This document shows, piece by piece, positions 36,192 to 47,976 of a DNA stretch of 64,000 nt. Both the position numbers and the translations under genes were made by a program. The stretch lies in the NCBI GenBank assembly GCA_004022145.1, contig RCNU01000002.1; one strand, given 5' to 3'. The notes beneath the pieces are model-generated. The model saw only the letters and a list, made by a program, of their open reading frames with translations. It did no database searches and was not told the origin of the DNA. The stretch's first letter is position 1. Every line of letters begins with the position of its first letter. The DNA comes from Paecilomyces variotii. Lineage: Eukaryota.

Positions 36192-37127
36192 TGAGAAGCC
36201 AGCCTTTGAAGCTGTAGTACCAGTATTAATTTGCTATGTCTTAATGGGTATAAGTACCATCGAAGACTAGCTGCTGGGATAAGTTCTCGTAGTTTGCACT
36301 CCTATCTGTGACGGTAGATGAAACGGATTCCAGATCCAAGAACGTTCGTGTCTTGTTTAGATATATTCTACTATCATAGGATAATGTATAGCTCACACTA
36401 GTCTCCGCGACTATGGAATGGGAATGTATTCTACTCTACCTTGGATACTGTTTATGTGAACTAAAAAAGCTCAATTAAAGCACTACCAATCGAACTTGCA
36501 GAGGCGGACCAATGCAGAAAGCGGACAGATATTTCTGTGCCTAGGAACTGCTCACCAAAGGACAAGAAAGGGTAAGAGCTTGAATAATGGATTAAAATCT
36601 TCGTAGAGATATCTGAATCATTTTTCTAAGAATTCCACTTAATAACCAGATTGGCCATTGGTTTCCTTGTCCCCCCAGCGCCACGCTATTCAGTCCCAAT
36701 AATGTAGACAGGCGTATAATATTGCATCTTCATAAGGGCATAAAGCAAGTAAAGGAGATGAGCAGGGCTTTTTCTCATTGGTTGACCCTCAAAAGTCGCG
36801 ATGTTCCAATACCAGGCAGCGGATTGCAGTAATGCATATTCGACAAGAAAAAGAACCTGGTTGGTTGGAACGAGTCGGGAAACCCCGGCCAGAGGGTTTT
36901 CTGCCGAAGTGTTGATAAATCAATGTAGACGGGGTGCTCGCCATATAATAGAATGGGAAGACGAGTCCTCAAGAGGATGTTAGGCCGCATAGTGCAGTCT
37001 TGAATGTTTCGACTTATCAAATTCCGAACACATGGATCATGGATTCTAACAAGAGTTCCTCCCAAAAAGCACATTTCTTTGAATCCCAGCAGGCAACTCT
37101 AACTGAGACTTCCCCTAGCTCATTGGC

Positions 37128-38720
37128 CTAATACGATTCTGACGAATTCCTCCTTCTCGTGGTGCGATTCCGGTTTCTTCTTGTCGGCCGCACCGGCGCA
37201 TCATCGTCAGAATCGTCTTCCAGGGAAATAGCATTGTCCACTGATGATCCCACCGGGGAGGGACGACTCGTCCGTTGGTGTCCTTCGGGTTCTGTACCCC
37301 TATCGGCAGTATCCTCCCCGGAAAATCGAGAGTTGCCATTGGTGTCAACACCAGCACCACGGAGGTTCGATCCCCTTCTCAGGTGGGAACCGGATGTTGG
37401 GTGGGCAGAGCCTGAGTGTATCGTACGTCGTGAGTTACCCGTCACAGGGGGTCGAATAGGATCTTCGTCCTCCGAACTATCGTCTTCGTAATAATCGTCG
37501 AGTTCTGCGGCGTCCTGAGACATAGGTACGTCTGAACCTTCGTCCTCCGAATCACCAAAGGGATGAGCAGTGTAGTCGTGATCCCCAACTACCGTGGATC
37601 GATCAGAATCCGACCGATCTTCATCCACTTCATCGTCGTCAATGAAAGAGTCCATCTCGCCATAATCGTCGTCCTCATCCTCATCCTCATCCTCATCGTC
37701 ACTGTCATCATGAGTTGCCGTCGAGATGGAGGGGGCGATCAAGCTGGCATATGCCTCCCGTAACAGAGTATGGTGATGATGCTGGTGGTGGTGATGATGC
37801 GGTATTCGCGACCGACCGCCATGAAATTGCTGAAGGCCTAACGGAAGACCCTCAAAAGGAACACCATCGTAGAAATCATTCCAATCCAAGTCGTCGTCGA
37901 CATCACCAAAACCATCCTCGAGGTCATCGATATAGTCTGTCATCTCGGAATTGTCCTCTGATCCCGTCAGAGTCTCTAGGTCCACACCATATCCACAACG
38001 GTGGCAACCTGTGTCTTCCAGTTCCCACTGACAAACAGGGCACCGATTCACATTGTCTTCCACGTCGTAGATAGGTCTGTTCACAGGCGGCCTCTCCTTG
38101 AAAGAGCCCTGGAATAGGCCCCCCGTTCTCGGATGGGTATTCGCCTTGTCTGCCTCGAGTCTTTCAGCTTCCTCTTGTCGGTTCTCTCTATGCTGAGCAG
38201 TCGTCTCCCCTTTCTCCAAGAGCTCCGCCCGACTGGTGAACATCTGAACGATAGCGCGAACCTACGGTGGGTTAGAGCCAATAGCTCGAATAACGAGTCA
38301 CGTTGAGACATACCAAGTATGCTGGAGCAGGCAGCGCCTTCACCAGTGCTCGACAATCCGGACATGTCTTACTCGATCTTCCACTCGAAAACCATGATGT
38401 GAGACACTTCCAGGTATCAGCAGGCTTGTCAAAACGGATGTCTGTAGAGAAGAACTCACGCCGTAGCAGAATGTGTGCCCACATGCAAGTGTGTAGGGTT
38501 CGTAGAGGGGTCTAACGCAGATGCCACATTGTATTAGAGACCGGATGTCGTCAACGTGTCCCTGCAGTGTCTGCAAGAGCTTCATAATCCTGTCAGTATC
38601 ACACCACCTGTCTGACACTGTGTAGAAGGGACGTACCCCCGAAGAATCCAGCGCTGAAGGATCCATGCTTTTTGAATTCCCTCTATTCGAAAGCCTCGAA
38701 CTCACAGCATCCGCACCCAT
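37128..38720 (-). CDS. C3HC4 RING-finger protein, Psh1-like E3 ubiquitin ligase
   Basis: CGICVRPLYEPYTLACGHTFCYG|CLTSWF...KTCPDCR...PAPAYL; second Cys cluster CPVCQWE..CHRCG; acidic tail with MDSFIDDD. Start uncertain (ATG 38720 or 38666); several introns. Confidence 0.8.
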
Positions 38721-40680
38721 CTCTTCAAAGCTGCTGCGGTTTGTCGTCTCGAGATAAAAAGATTCGAGGGTGGGGTCCTGCCCCGGAAGCAACTTAAAAG
38801 TTGCACGGTAAAGAACCTCTTGTCTAGGTAGGTAGAAGATTCAGGTACGATAGAAGGAAATAAAGGACACAGTCCCACTGCCACGACTGAGCCTTGTCCG
38901 ATGGAAAGAAAGGGAGGGGAAAGGGAGTGATCTGCTCGAAGGAGACGTGAGTCTGACGGGCCTCAGGCGCGTTTCCCGACTAAGAGACTTTAGGTCCGTC
39001 GGAGCTTCAGAACAGTCCAAACCAACCAAACATGGAACGCCTATCAAGTCAGCCAACTGCCTGAAACCTCAGGCAGAGTAAGGCACCATACTGGTTCACT
39101 GTATATAAGAATCAGCATTGATTAACCGACCCCTATGCCTTTAAGAGCCTAAATTATCAAAAAGAATCGACGGAAAAGAGAACAAGGTCAAATGATCAGT
39201 TTAAGCTTCAAATGAAACTCAAATACAATCTCTCCATAAAGCAACGGAGGCCTACACAATTCCTCATATATATATATTATCACCTATACACTTCCGAATT
39301 ACAAGCTACGAAGCGAAACAAAGGAAATAAATTAATGAACTACAACGAGCAATCGAGCTTAACTTGTCTTATTGGCAATCTCCTAGTAGACCCCGACATG
39401 GTTCAGGTCTTCAAAGTAGGAGGTGCCTCAGCCTACTGACCGTAGACAAGTGAAAAAGTTACTGATGGCTTTCTGCCAGTCGACCAAGAAGGAGAACTCC
39501 GAGTTGATCGAACTGGATCGCTAACATAGAAGATATAGTTAAGTAGTTTTTGAGGTGACTATGTAACTATCATGTGACTGCTAATGCCGTTAGTAAGCAG
39601 TTTCACGGCTGGCAATCATGCTAAAAACGCAAAAAACGACTCCGGGTCATCTGCAACCTCTAATACTCACGACGACACCGTGTCAGGATCCGAATCCAAG
39701 CTTCCCATCAGTCTGTTCGACACTAAACGTCTCTAGACAGTTGATTCTTCCTCATAATAACTGGAAACGCGCCATAATTTCTCTTTAATTTCCCCACTAT
39801 GATATCTCTTGATTGATAATATGCAAGAACCCTTCTGGACAAGAGAGACTCCATTCGTCAGACTCATAACAATCGATTCCGACTCCTGCTACGCTGTTGT
39901 ATTCTCTGTCAATTTCCCCTCATTGTTCTAACATCTCCCGCATCGTTATCCTCGCTAGTATCCGTTATAGTACACCAGAGGAATACACCTTCTGGGCAGG
40001 TCGCGCCTGGAACGACGACAATAGTCGAGTACCAGCCCAGGCCAAGAAGCTTGAGCTAGGTTGCGTATGTGGCTAGGTAGAACTTATGCGTCACTACATT
40101 CATGATTTGGCCTCTGCGACTTCTTTTTGACTAGCTTTCTCTAAGTGCATCCAGAGAACCGAAATCAATCCTACTGTACAAGGGTCAACCTCACTCTTTT
40201 TCGTTTTTTTCACATTTTCTTCGTCTTCTCTCGATGTGCGATTGTATTTTTTTGGACTGCAAAATCATCTTGCCATCTCGACTGCAATCGATCTGATGGC
40301 CCTGTGCGACCCTCGATTACTCAAGTTGACCCTTGCGACATTCCTTGCGCCACTGCTCTCCCGTCGACGGTGTTTCCCGGTCACAGACACTTCTACGGAT
40401 AGTTAAGCCTTGACATCACTGATTACCTTGATTCAGCTACCTTTACGGTGGGTGAACATCTAAATCGGCACTAGCGACTACCCGAGCGACAACCTGTATC
40501 TGTATTGAAACCTTCTTGCTAAAGTCAAGAACAAAATATTAAGCATGATCTCGTGAACATGCTAACCCGCTATTCGCCAATTGAAAAAGAAGGCAAGGAT
40601 CAGAGCACCAAGAAATGTATGAAAGAAAAAGGAGGACAAAGCAAATCTAAGACCAGGAACCCATATGCACTGTCCACGAT

Positions 40681-41966
40681 CTACTCCAAGGCAGCAAAGG
40701 CACGTTTCCGCGAGCGTTGCTTAAGATCCTCGGAGATCAGATGACTGTCGTCAACAACGCCTTTCTGGACTTTATCTTCATCGACGATTTCCTTCTCCAT
40801 GTGCTGCAGGAATTCGATCTGCTCGCGAATGAATCGTTTGACGCCACGAGTGTCGAAAGGGCGACGTGCACGGTGACGGTCTCGGGCCAACCGATTTATG
40901 TCACGGAGCCGGTCCTGGAGCATCTCAAACCGGTACTCCGTGAACTGACGATACAATTCGCCCAGATCAGAAATAGGACGGACCGTCGTGAGAACAGTGT
41001 CATCCTTAATTGCGGACGAACGGGGACGGAAAGACGTGACCATAGTGATACGCTCGGTTGTGCCCAGAGCACGAAGAGCTTGGTGCTCGATATAGCGGCC
41101 TTGCAGGATGACTGCGGAACCCTGTGACGGTCATCAGTACTTGTCCCTCCGCAGGAAATTGTGGCTCGTATACGCACCATTTGCGGTCCTCGGACCTTCA
41201 CCACTTCTCCGTTGCCCTTTCTAAGAGCGGTCTCGCCTCCAATCATTTCCGTACAGTCAGAGAGCATGGTGACGCACACGAAGGGGTAACTGTCCGTGTG
41301 CCAGTCCACAATTGGTTGCTCATCCTCCCATGGGCATCCTGCAACCCCCTCGTCGGCATCACGCCTCTTCTTTTCAGCGACTGCGGCTAACGCCTTATTC
41401 TTTTGTTCTTCGCTCTGTACAGAGATGTTTATGTGTCCAATCTCAAAGTCCATTGCAGTGACAAGGTCCACACCAGCTATCTTGGAGATGATAGCGAGAG
41501 TCTCAGGGCTCTTCCAGGCGTCGTATACGAAGGGAGCGTATCTTACAACATGTCAGTTAAATCACAATGATGAAGCCTCCCGAACTTACTCTGGCGCGAA
41601 ACCACGCAGCTGACACTGTGCCAGATCGCTAGAGTACTGACAGTTCTCCCAGACCTCGTCGCTCAGGACTTCAGCCCGCATCTGACGGATCGCCTCATCA
41701 GAGAATAGCGGGAAGGGCTCGGAGACACCGATCGGGGAAACACCGTGCCTGTCGGAGTAGCCGAGTTCTGCCATGGTGTAGACCTTCGACGGCGGGGTGA
41801 ACTTGATGTGCTTTGAGGCATCGAACGAGACACGTTCAGATGGAGGAAGCTCCTCCTTGATCTGGATTAGAGGCTTGCTGCCAGAGGCCGTCTTGCGCTT
41901 GGCCACAGGAAGACGCGCTGGCCCAGTGGGCACGGGAAGTGGAGTGAGAGTTTGTGCAGTGGCCAT
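40681..41966 (-). CDS. Putative Fe(II)/2-oxoglutarate dioxygenase-fold protein, 3 exons
   Basis: GVSPIGVSEPFPLFS, QLRGFAPE|YAPF, DWHTDSYPFVCVTMLSD (HxD), GGET, LQGRYIEHQALRA...ERITMVTSFRP (distal His and RxxxxxS); introns ~41542-41589 and ~41122-41178. Confidence 0.75.
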
Positions 41967-44583
41967 ATCGCTGTCCATTTGTGAGTTTATATCAGAATTA
42001 TTGATGGAGAATGAAGATTGATAATGCAAGCGAATAGGAAATCTATCTCAGGATGTTGATATGGAACAAAGCTATCACCATCAAGTGAGAGAACAATGAA
42101 TGGAGTGTGTGTAGGGATTACTGATGTGATAATGACGGGACTTACCCTCAATTTCAAAGCAAGAGATGGAAGACCAGACGATCGTGTCTCCGATGGAAAT
42201 ATTCACCAAGACCTGTGCGGAGTGAATGAGGCCAGTATTGCTCCTTGCAAGTGAAGTCTCGATGCTCAGAGTGTTTCTGCTTGGAGACAGGAAATTGATG
42301 GACAACCAAGAAGAAGAGGACTGATATTTATATTATAGACCTCTGTTACTGCTACACACAGCCCAAGATGATCTTCTATGCTGTCTTGTCTCAAATCTGG
42401 AGAACTGATGCCGTCCCGGGTCCCGACAAATCCGGATCTTGCAAGTTAATCGTCTGCCCCGCCAAACTTTCGAGTCCTTTCTCACGATCATTCGACAGGA
42501 CCCTTGATATTCCATAGAGAATTTTGTGGGTATCGCGGCCTGTATTGTTCGGGACGCATTTTCTCTGGTCTGACCATCGTTCCAATATACCCAGCCGTTG
42601 CATACGCCATCCTCGAAAGCTTAGATTGCAGGCTTGGATGGAGTCGCGCCGGGGCGATTATCGACTTGTGATGCCGCTAGCACATCAGCAGTGCTAGCTA
42701 CTGTGGGGCCAAGTATGGTTATGTTGCTACATGGAAATTGTATCTATGTTTGGTTTGGTATCTGGCACGCTTCTCCACCTTCGTTGGCGTCTGGACGCCT
42801 GCAATCTGATCACTCCCAGGATTCTACACTGGAGCCCATGTGAACGGGCCCAGTCCGGAAAAAACAGATCTCATCTTGTTGCCCATACAGATGATTGGGA
42901 CACATTGGTTATACTAAGCGCCAGCGAGAGAATGAGAGTTCCTAGCAACAGACGTCGGAGGACCGATCGAAGAGCTGGTTTTACAAGCTGCGGAGGGCCC
43001 ACGCTTATCCGCGCGCCCTGACTTGTGACATCTGTAGTTATGGATCTTTGTCTGGAATGGAATTCAGACGACATTCTACTGTAGGACGTTAGGACACGAG
43101 GTGTGGAGGGCTACTGCATTGACGATGTCAGCATTGCGACTACTGGGGCTCTCCCGCGGGTAATGGAACTTTTGACCCAATTTGGGATGCGGATCGGGGG
43201 TGCAGCTATCGAGTTTATCAGAACAGCTTAGGTAGGTAGGTTATCAGCCCCGATACCGACGAACCACTCTGCTGTGCCCCGGCGGGATCAGGCTCCAGAT
43301 TCCCGAGTGTCTGTGACAGCTGTTCTACTGGCTCATAGCGGCCGGTTTGATATGCTGCAAGCCAGCCACTGGTTCTGGTACTCGGGATGAGTGTGATTCG
43401 AACTCTTACCATGCGCCGAGTAGGTAGTTTACCACCTCCAATCCGCTAGATATGTGTCATCTCGGTGCAATTAACTTAATTCGCTTCGCTGCGGAACTGC
43501 GTGGCTAGCCAACCGCCTTCTACCGTACTCTTATAATCGGGCCGCACAGAGCCACGGTATAAGGGAACTGTGACAGTCGAGATCGTAATACCGGATGGAT
43601 TGGGTGGTTCTTCGAAGGGGATCTGGATTCCAGCGCCGACTTTCCCGCACGGGAAACGCGTCGAAGATCTCCAAGGTGGGGGATGTGAGCGGACCATATC
43701 AATTCCCGACGCAAGCTAATGATTAATCACACGATACAGAGGAGGGTGGTATATATTAATTATTATTGTGTCCGATTTGGATCTACCTTTGATAGCCGTA
43801 GCTACTCGCCTAGTAAGGTCGGCTTGAATCATGACTTTTCTTCCAGATTGACACCCAAGTCTCGCAACACGAGGTCGCAACAACTCAGTCTCTGTTTAGA
43901 TGATTGCAAGAATTCCTTACAAATTTCTCACCGCTGGTGAACTTTGCGAGAAGAAAAAGTGACTATTACGGAGTAGGAGCAGGTTAATAAACGCCCTGGT
44001 AGTGAGGACCAACCAATAATCAACTGGGCTATTTTAGCAGCTGCAATGACTGAAAGAATTTTTGGGCAGACGTGAGCAACTCGTTCTGATGGTCACTTAT
44101 TATTGCACATTAAAATTGTAGCAATTTGGAGATTCTCATTTAGAAACAGAGCATAAAGAACCGGCTAGTTATCTGGTGGTGAAATTACTCAAGTATCTAC
44201 TCTCGAGCTTATCTATTTACATTGGAGGATATCGCTACGACGTAACGATCCAACATCAGACCTTTGTGATGCTCTGTATCATCTCATGGAACTATTTCCA
44301 GGTCAGAGGATAGGCTATACTATGGTAAGCGTTCATGATCAACTGCGTGGCCGTTCAGGAACCCGTGCAATCGCCGACGTATCATCTTCTTCCATAAGTA
44401 CAAACTCGCTGCCCGCCGACAACTCCGGGTCGGCGCCAAGGCCGCATTTGCGGTCCAGACGTTCCGCAAAACGTCGGGTGGTTCCTATCCAAGAATAATA
44501 ATACTAACTACTGCTACTCCTCATCATTGCTCCGGATCACGCGCCCTTTTCTTCTTGAGCTTACTATCAGCCACGTTTCCGAG

Positions 44584-45447
44584 ATGGCGTCCGAAGCCAA
44601 GGTAGAAACTCCAGCAACTGACAACACCCCCGGTGGCACCTGGGCAAAGGCCGAAACCAAGTTCACTCGGTATGTCTTTTCGACACAGAGCTCACGATGG
44701 CCATTTCAACCTACCTTTGCCATCCTAGCTTCTTCTCCGATATACTGTCCTGGTAACAAAAGGGAGCCTGATTTGAAGCTGACTTATCTCCATTGCTATA
44801 GTAAGAACCCTAGCGAATACTTCGATCCGTGTCAGGACTTCGCCGACCGCAGTATCAAATGCATGCGTCGGAATGCTGGAGACAGAGACATGTGCCATGA
44901 CTATTTCCAGTGAGCCTCACCCTCTGACCGCTTCTTCTGCTCTGTTCTTCCCCGCGATTTCTGAAGACGCTCTGCCGGCAATGCTCTCCGATCTACCCTT
45001 CCCCGACCATCTCATCGTCGCTGCGCGGGATTACTCTGCATTGGAAAGTCGCATATATGTGATTGTCTTGATAACGCTCTGCGCATCCATACCCTTCCAC
45101 AGTACTTGAGTACTTGCTTATGTTGTATATGGATTTTGTGGGTTGGGAAATTGGGTTTACCCTGTTACATTTGGAAGATTTCATCAAAATGCCAGGGGAT
45201 GGACATGTTTTCTTGGGATTTTCGCTGACGGATTGGTATGATAGGGCGTATCGTGACTGCAAGAAGGAATGGGTGAGTGGATCTGATAGTTTTTATGCCT
45301 TTGTGCCACTCAATTCTTCCCGCAGATCCTGCTATCGAAGAACTGGACGCCGGAGGAATCAATTGATCTTCTTAGTTAGTGGTACTAATGTATCTCCAGA
45401 TGACCCAAAGGAAACTTGCTCTGGCAGCAGCCAAGGCTCAACAATGA
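44584..45447 (+). CDS. COX23: Cytochrome c oxidase assembly factor Cox23 (twin CX9C), 4 exons
   Basis: [40 protein letters not shown] twin-CX9C motif; last exon [15 protein letters not shown]. Confidence 0.92.
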
Positions 45448-46168
45448 TCATCTTGACCAGCGGCCCGGCCTGATTTCGGGAGCGGAAGAACGGGAGATAT
45501 TTGGGAATTCGAGCAGTAAGGCCTCAATAAGCGGTCATTTCGAAAACTCCTACTGTACTATATTTATATTATGTCGACACGGTTACTTAGGGAGTTATTG
45601 GATGAGTTCTGGTTCATGGAACGGAAGCATTGGCGTTTTTGCCGTTCTCTTCCACGCAGCAACGTCGATACTACGCGCTTGTTGGTCCGATAAGCAGACG
45701 ATCGGCTGAAATCCGATCATGTAAAACAATACCGCTTTCGGCAACTTGGCGCTACGTCCAACCATCTAGAGGGCAGAGATCAATGTATTATTATCGTTAT
45801 TATTATTATTAGGTCCTTGTGCATCCACTCCCCTTCCGCTGCCTCTTTTGGGAAACCTAGATCGTGTTCGATGTTCAGTTCTCCTCGCTATCATACTTCC
45901 TGAACGACAGTGGCATGAAGTACTTTTATTTGTACATAGAAGGTTCTTATCACATCAGGACATCGCGATTACGTGAACTTTCTTTCTCGTAAAGACCGTT
46001 TTAGTATGGAATTAGAAACCCTCTGCATAGGTAGCGGATGTGGTCGCGAAACATCTTGGGGGGATCTGATAATATCAAAAGTCGAGTATTATCGGATGCT
46101 TGGAGGTTAAAGCGAGCAACTTAAAAGATAGATTTACCTATTTATAAAAGAGGTAAAGATGGCAACAG

Positions 46169-46897
46169 TTATTGTGCCAGAGAATTAGAGTGACAAGGAG
46201 GATTAGCAGGGCCAGGAGGTGGGAGGGTATTTTGAGTTGTAGATCTGTGTCCAGACATAGAGTCGCATCCAACAGCACCCTAAAATAAAGATAATTAGGT
46301 CCAAGGAATATAAACAATGACTGAGTCCACTCACTTCTTCCCATACCCAACCCTCGTGATCGTCGACCTCTGACTCGTCAACCTTCTGTCCGTTCACGAA
46401 ATAGATCGTTTCCTCCGGGACGATCTGATCGGGAGGAAACTGGGCATGCCATGCCTTGGCAGCCTTGATGTTGTCCCTCTGGTCGGTCTTTTCGTAATGC
46501 ACAGACATTTCCTCTAGCTCTTTGAGCCTTTCTGCGCGCGTCAGAGGCCACTTCAGCTCGTAGTGCGGCAACTTATCCCACTCAAGTTCAAAGGCAGACA
46601 TAGTGACTCCTGTTAGTCTTAGTATGAAAATTGAAGAATGTCCATTCTTAACTAACCGTCTGACTTGGTTGTGGTCTAGTCCACACGTTAGTAATATGTC
46701 AATGAAATGTAGATATATGCTATTTACCTTGCCAGTATCCTGTTGATATAGTCAGCAATATTAGCTTATATCAGATATAGGTGTGAGCTTTTGTACAGTA
46801 CCTTGGTCTGCTCGGTGTTGTCTTTGGCAGCTTCCTGATTTGCCTGATGAGATTTACCTTTCGTGGTGTTCTTCGTGTTCTCTTTACCTGAAGCCAT
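46169..46897 (-). CDS. Orphan small protein (~170 aa), 5 exons including two micro-exons
   Basis: MASGKENTKN...TEQTK | DTGK (46728-46739) | TTTKSDG (46657-46675) | VTMSAFELEWDKLPHYELKWP...WVWEE | GAVGCDS...LAQ*. All introns are GT-AG with branch-like sites and keep frame. Confidence 0.65.
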
Positions 46898-47282
46898 GCG
46901 TCCCATTCAGTGAAAGGTGAGATAGGAGTAAATTTATCAGGGATAAACAGAAGATCAGAGTGAGAAATATGTTATGCAGTTTCGTGATCTTTTTTTATTT
47001 TATTTTATCGAGAGTGACAACAAAATAAGAACTATTCGGATGTGGTTTCAAGGATCGAGAGCAGATCAGAAATGAGAGATATCTCACGCGGTTTCATGGT
47101 CTATTTGATAGAAAGTGATGACAAATTTCAGAACTGTTCCACGCAGTTTAAGAGATCAAGAGCAGATCACAGTGAAAAATTTCAGGCCGTTCCACGCTCT
47201 TGTAGATTGAAAGTGACGAAAGGTCAGTTAACACCTCCTCCGGTGGCTCCTCTAGTCTCACGTGACCTAGGTGACCTACCAT

Positions 47283-47531
47283 TAGGGATGGCATTTGAAT
47301 TTCAAAATTTCAGAAATTTCATGAAATGAAATCTTGAAATTTGAAATGCTACTAATCAATTAGTAACCACCTAACTTAATTATTATTAGCTGATTTGCTC
47401 GCCTTTTTTCCCAATCTGTTATTAGCGCGCCCCACATATGGTCTGTGTGTTTCGAAATTCGAAACGAAAAAAAGGTTGAAATTTCACGTTTCGTGAAATT
47501 AGGGGTCCATTTCAATATTTCACCATCCCTA
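47283..47531. mobile_element. Non-autonomous hAT-type MITE, 249 bp
   Basis: Perfect 9-bp TIR TAGGGATGG / CCATCCCTA, flanked by identical 8-bp direct repeats CCTACCAT (47275-47282, 47532-47539); reiterated subterminal TGAAAT/ATTTCA motifs; AT-rich, no ORF. Confidence 0.9.
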
Positions 47532-47663
47532 CCTACCATGGTTCTATCAAGCAAGCTTCTCACCGCTTCCTTCACAACACAACCGTGGATGTAGTGGATG
47601 TCACCGGCTAAGGAGTATGTATAAGTAGATCCAACTACCTAATATAGTAGTACTAAATACTTG

Positions 47664-47682
47664 GTAGTAGTAGTAGTAGTAG
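47664..47682 (+). repeat. (GTA)n microsatellite
   Basis: gtagtagtagtagtagtag upstream of the GCN5-like gene. Confidence 0.8.
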
Positions 47683-47976
47683 ACATGGACTTCTTGGTAG
47701 GTAGTTCCGACCAGTAGATCTAGATAACTATCTAAAGATCAGCATACTTAAGCCCACTATCTAGTCGCGATCGCTCAGGCAGACCAACGAATAGGAGACT
47801 GCACTCTCAGGCCGAAGATCAACGAGTCAAACCACAGTGGACATCTCACTCGAATACCCCACAACTAGCCTGACATCGTTCAAGGGGAAAGGCTGCGATC
47901 ATTTCAGATCCAGACAGCTCAAGATTAGCCTACTCATCATTTGTCCATAGCCCACATTCGCCAGTATCTAACGCAG

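Noticed and set aside
39600-40080. Protein-like fragments (QEPFWTRETPFVRLITID, PEEYTFWAGRAWNDD)
   Set aside because: No continuous frame or recognisable family; may be an old relic but unsupported.
42000-44500. TPP riboswitch, tRNA or other ncRNA in long intergenic regions (also 53.6-55.6 kb)
   Set aside because: No TPP aptamer core, tRNA A/B boxes with cloverleaf, or 5S sequence seen by eye.
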